A DNA stretch of 64,000 bases, taken from contig OY759746.1 of the NCBI GenBank assembly GCA_963662795.1, forward strand, positions 2,336,001 through 2,400,000, read 5' to 3'. Both the position numbers and the translations under genes were made by a program. Positions 63,691-64,000 of the stretch are shown piece by piece. Within the stretch, counting starts at the first letter, position 1, and every line of letters begins with the position of its first letter. The notes under the pieces are model-generated. The model saw only the letters and a program-made list of their open reading frames with translations, searched no databases and was not told the origin of the DNA. The DNA is from Spirochaetia bacterium. GTDB lineage: Bacteria > Spirochaetota > Spirochaetia > CADAEX01.

Positions 63691-64000
63691 GTGGATCAAG
63701 ATAAAGTGTTAGTTGAAAAACTTATAAAACTAAATAGGGTTGCAAAAGTTGTTAAAGGCGGTAGAAGGTTTTCCTTTTCAGCACTGGTTGTTGTCGGCGA
63801 TCAAAAAGGCACAGTTGGGTATGGTTTTGGTAAAGCCAATGACGTGTCCGAAGCTATCAGAAAAGGGATGGAAAAAGCAAAAGGGAGCATGATAAAGGTT
63901 CCTTTGAAAAACAACTCTATTCCACATGAAGTTTTAGCGGAATTCAAAAGCGCCAGAATTGTTATGAAGCCTGCAGCTCCAGGTACAGGAGTAATTGCGG
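63691..64000 (+). CDS. rpsE: 30S S5, 3'-truncated by window edge
   Basis: GTG start; [33 protein letters not shown]. Confidence 0.97.
   Translation, partial: MDQDKVLVEKLIKLNRVAKVVKGGRRFSFSALVVVGDQKGTVGYGFGKANDVSEAIRKGMEKAKGSMIKVPLKNNSIPHEVLAEFKSARIVMKPAAPGTGVIA

Noticed and set aside
1-64000. CRISPR array, rRNA, intact prophage or intact defence system
   Set aside because: No repeat-spacer periodicity, rRNA-like sequence, or recognisable cas/phage structural/defence ORFs were seen.

Overview
Spirochaete (Spirochaetia-like) chromosomal window in two parts. (1) ~0.65-27.5 kb is an AT-rich, decaying accessory island abutting the 3' end of tRNA-Leu(GAG) (27477-27560, minus), with a broken tyrosine integrase. 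It holds signalling genes (an intact PAS hybrid kinase, a kinase pseudogene, a PAS-GAF-HD-GYP gene with a nonsense codon), IS3/IS5/IS256/IS481-like remnants, one attC-like hairpin, and two intact RpiR-controlled metabolic modules: an Fe3+/AfuABC-type ABC transporter plus HD hydrolase, and an M20 amidohydrolase plus an internally duplicated membrane protein plus two paralogous choline-kinase-like phosphotransferases. Both modules are joined, at the RpiR stop codon, to degraded homologous copies of the same unannotated gene. (2) 27.6-64 kb is core genome: pepF, rdgB, a sigma-like orphan, a KamA/EpmB-like radical SAM, a BMP-type ABC transporter, prs, an FGGY kinase, a sensor kinase, then tRNA-Thr, rpmG, tRNA-Trp, secE, nusG, rplKAJL, rpoBC, rpsLG (no fusA), tuf and the S10/spc operons to a partial rpsE. 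All calls are from motif recognition by eye; no database searches were run.
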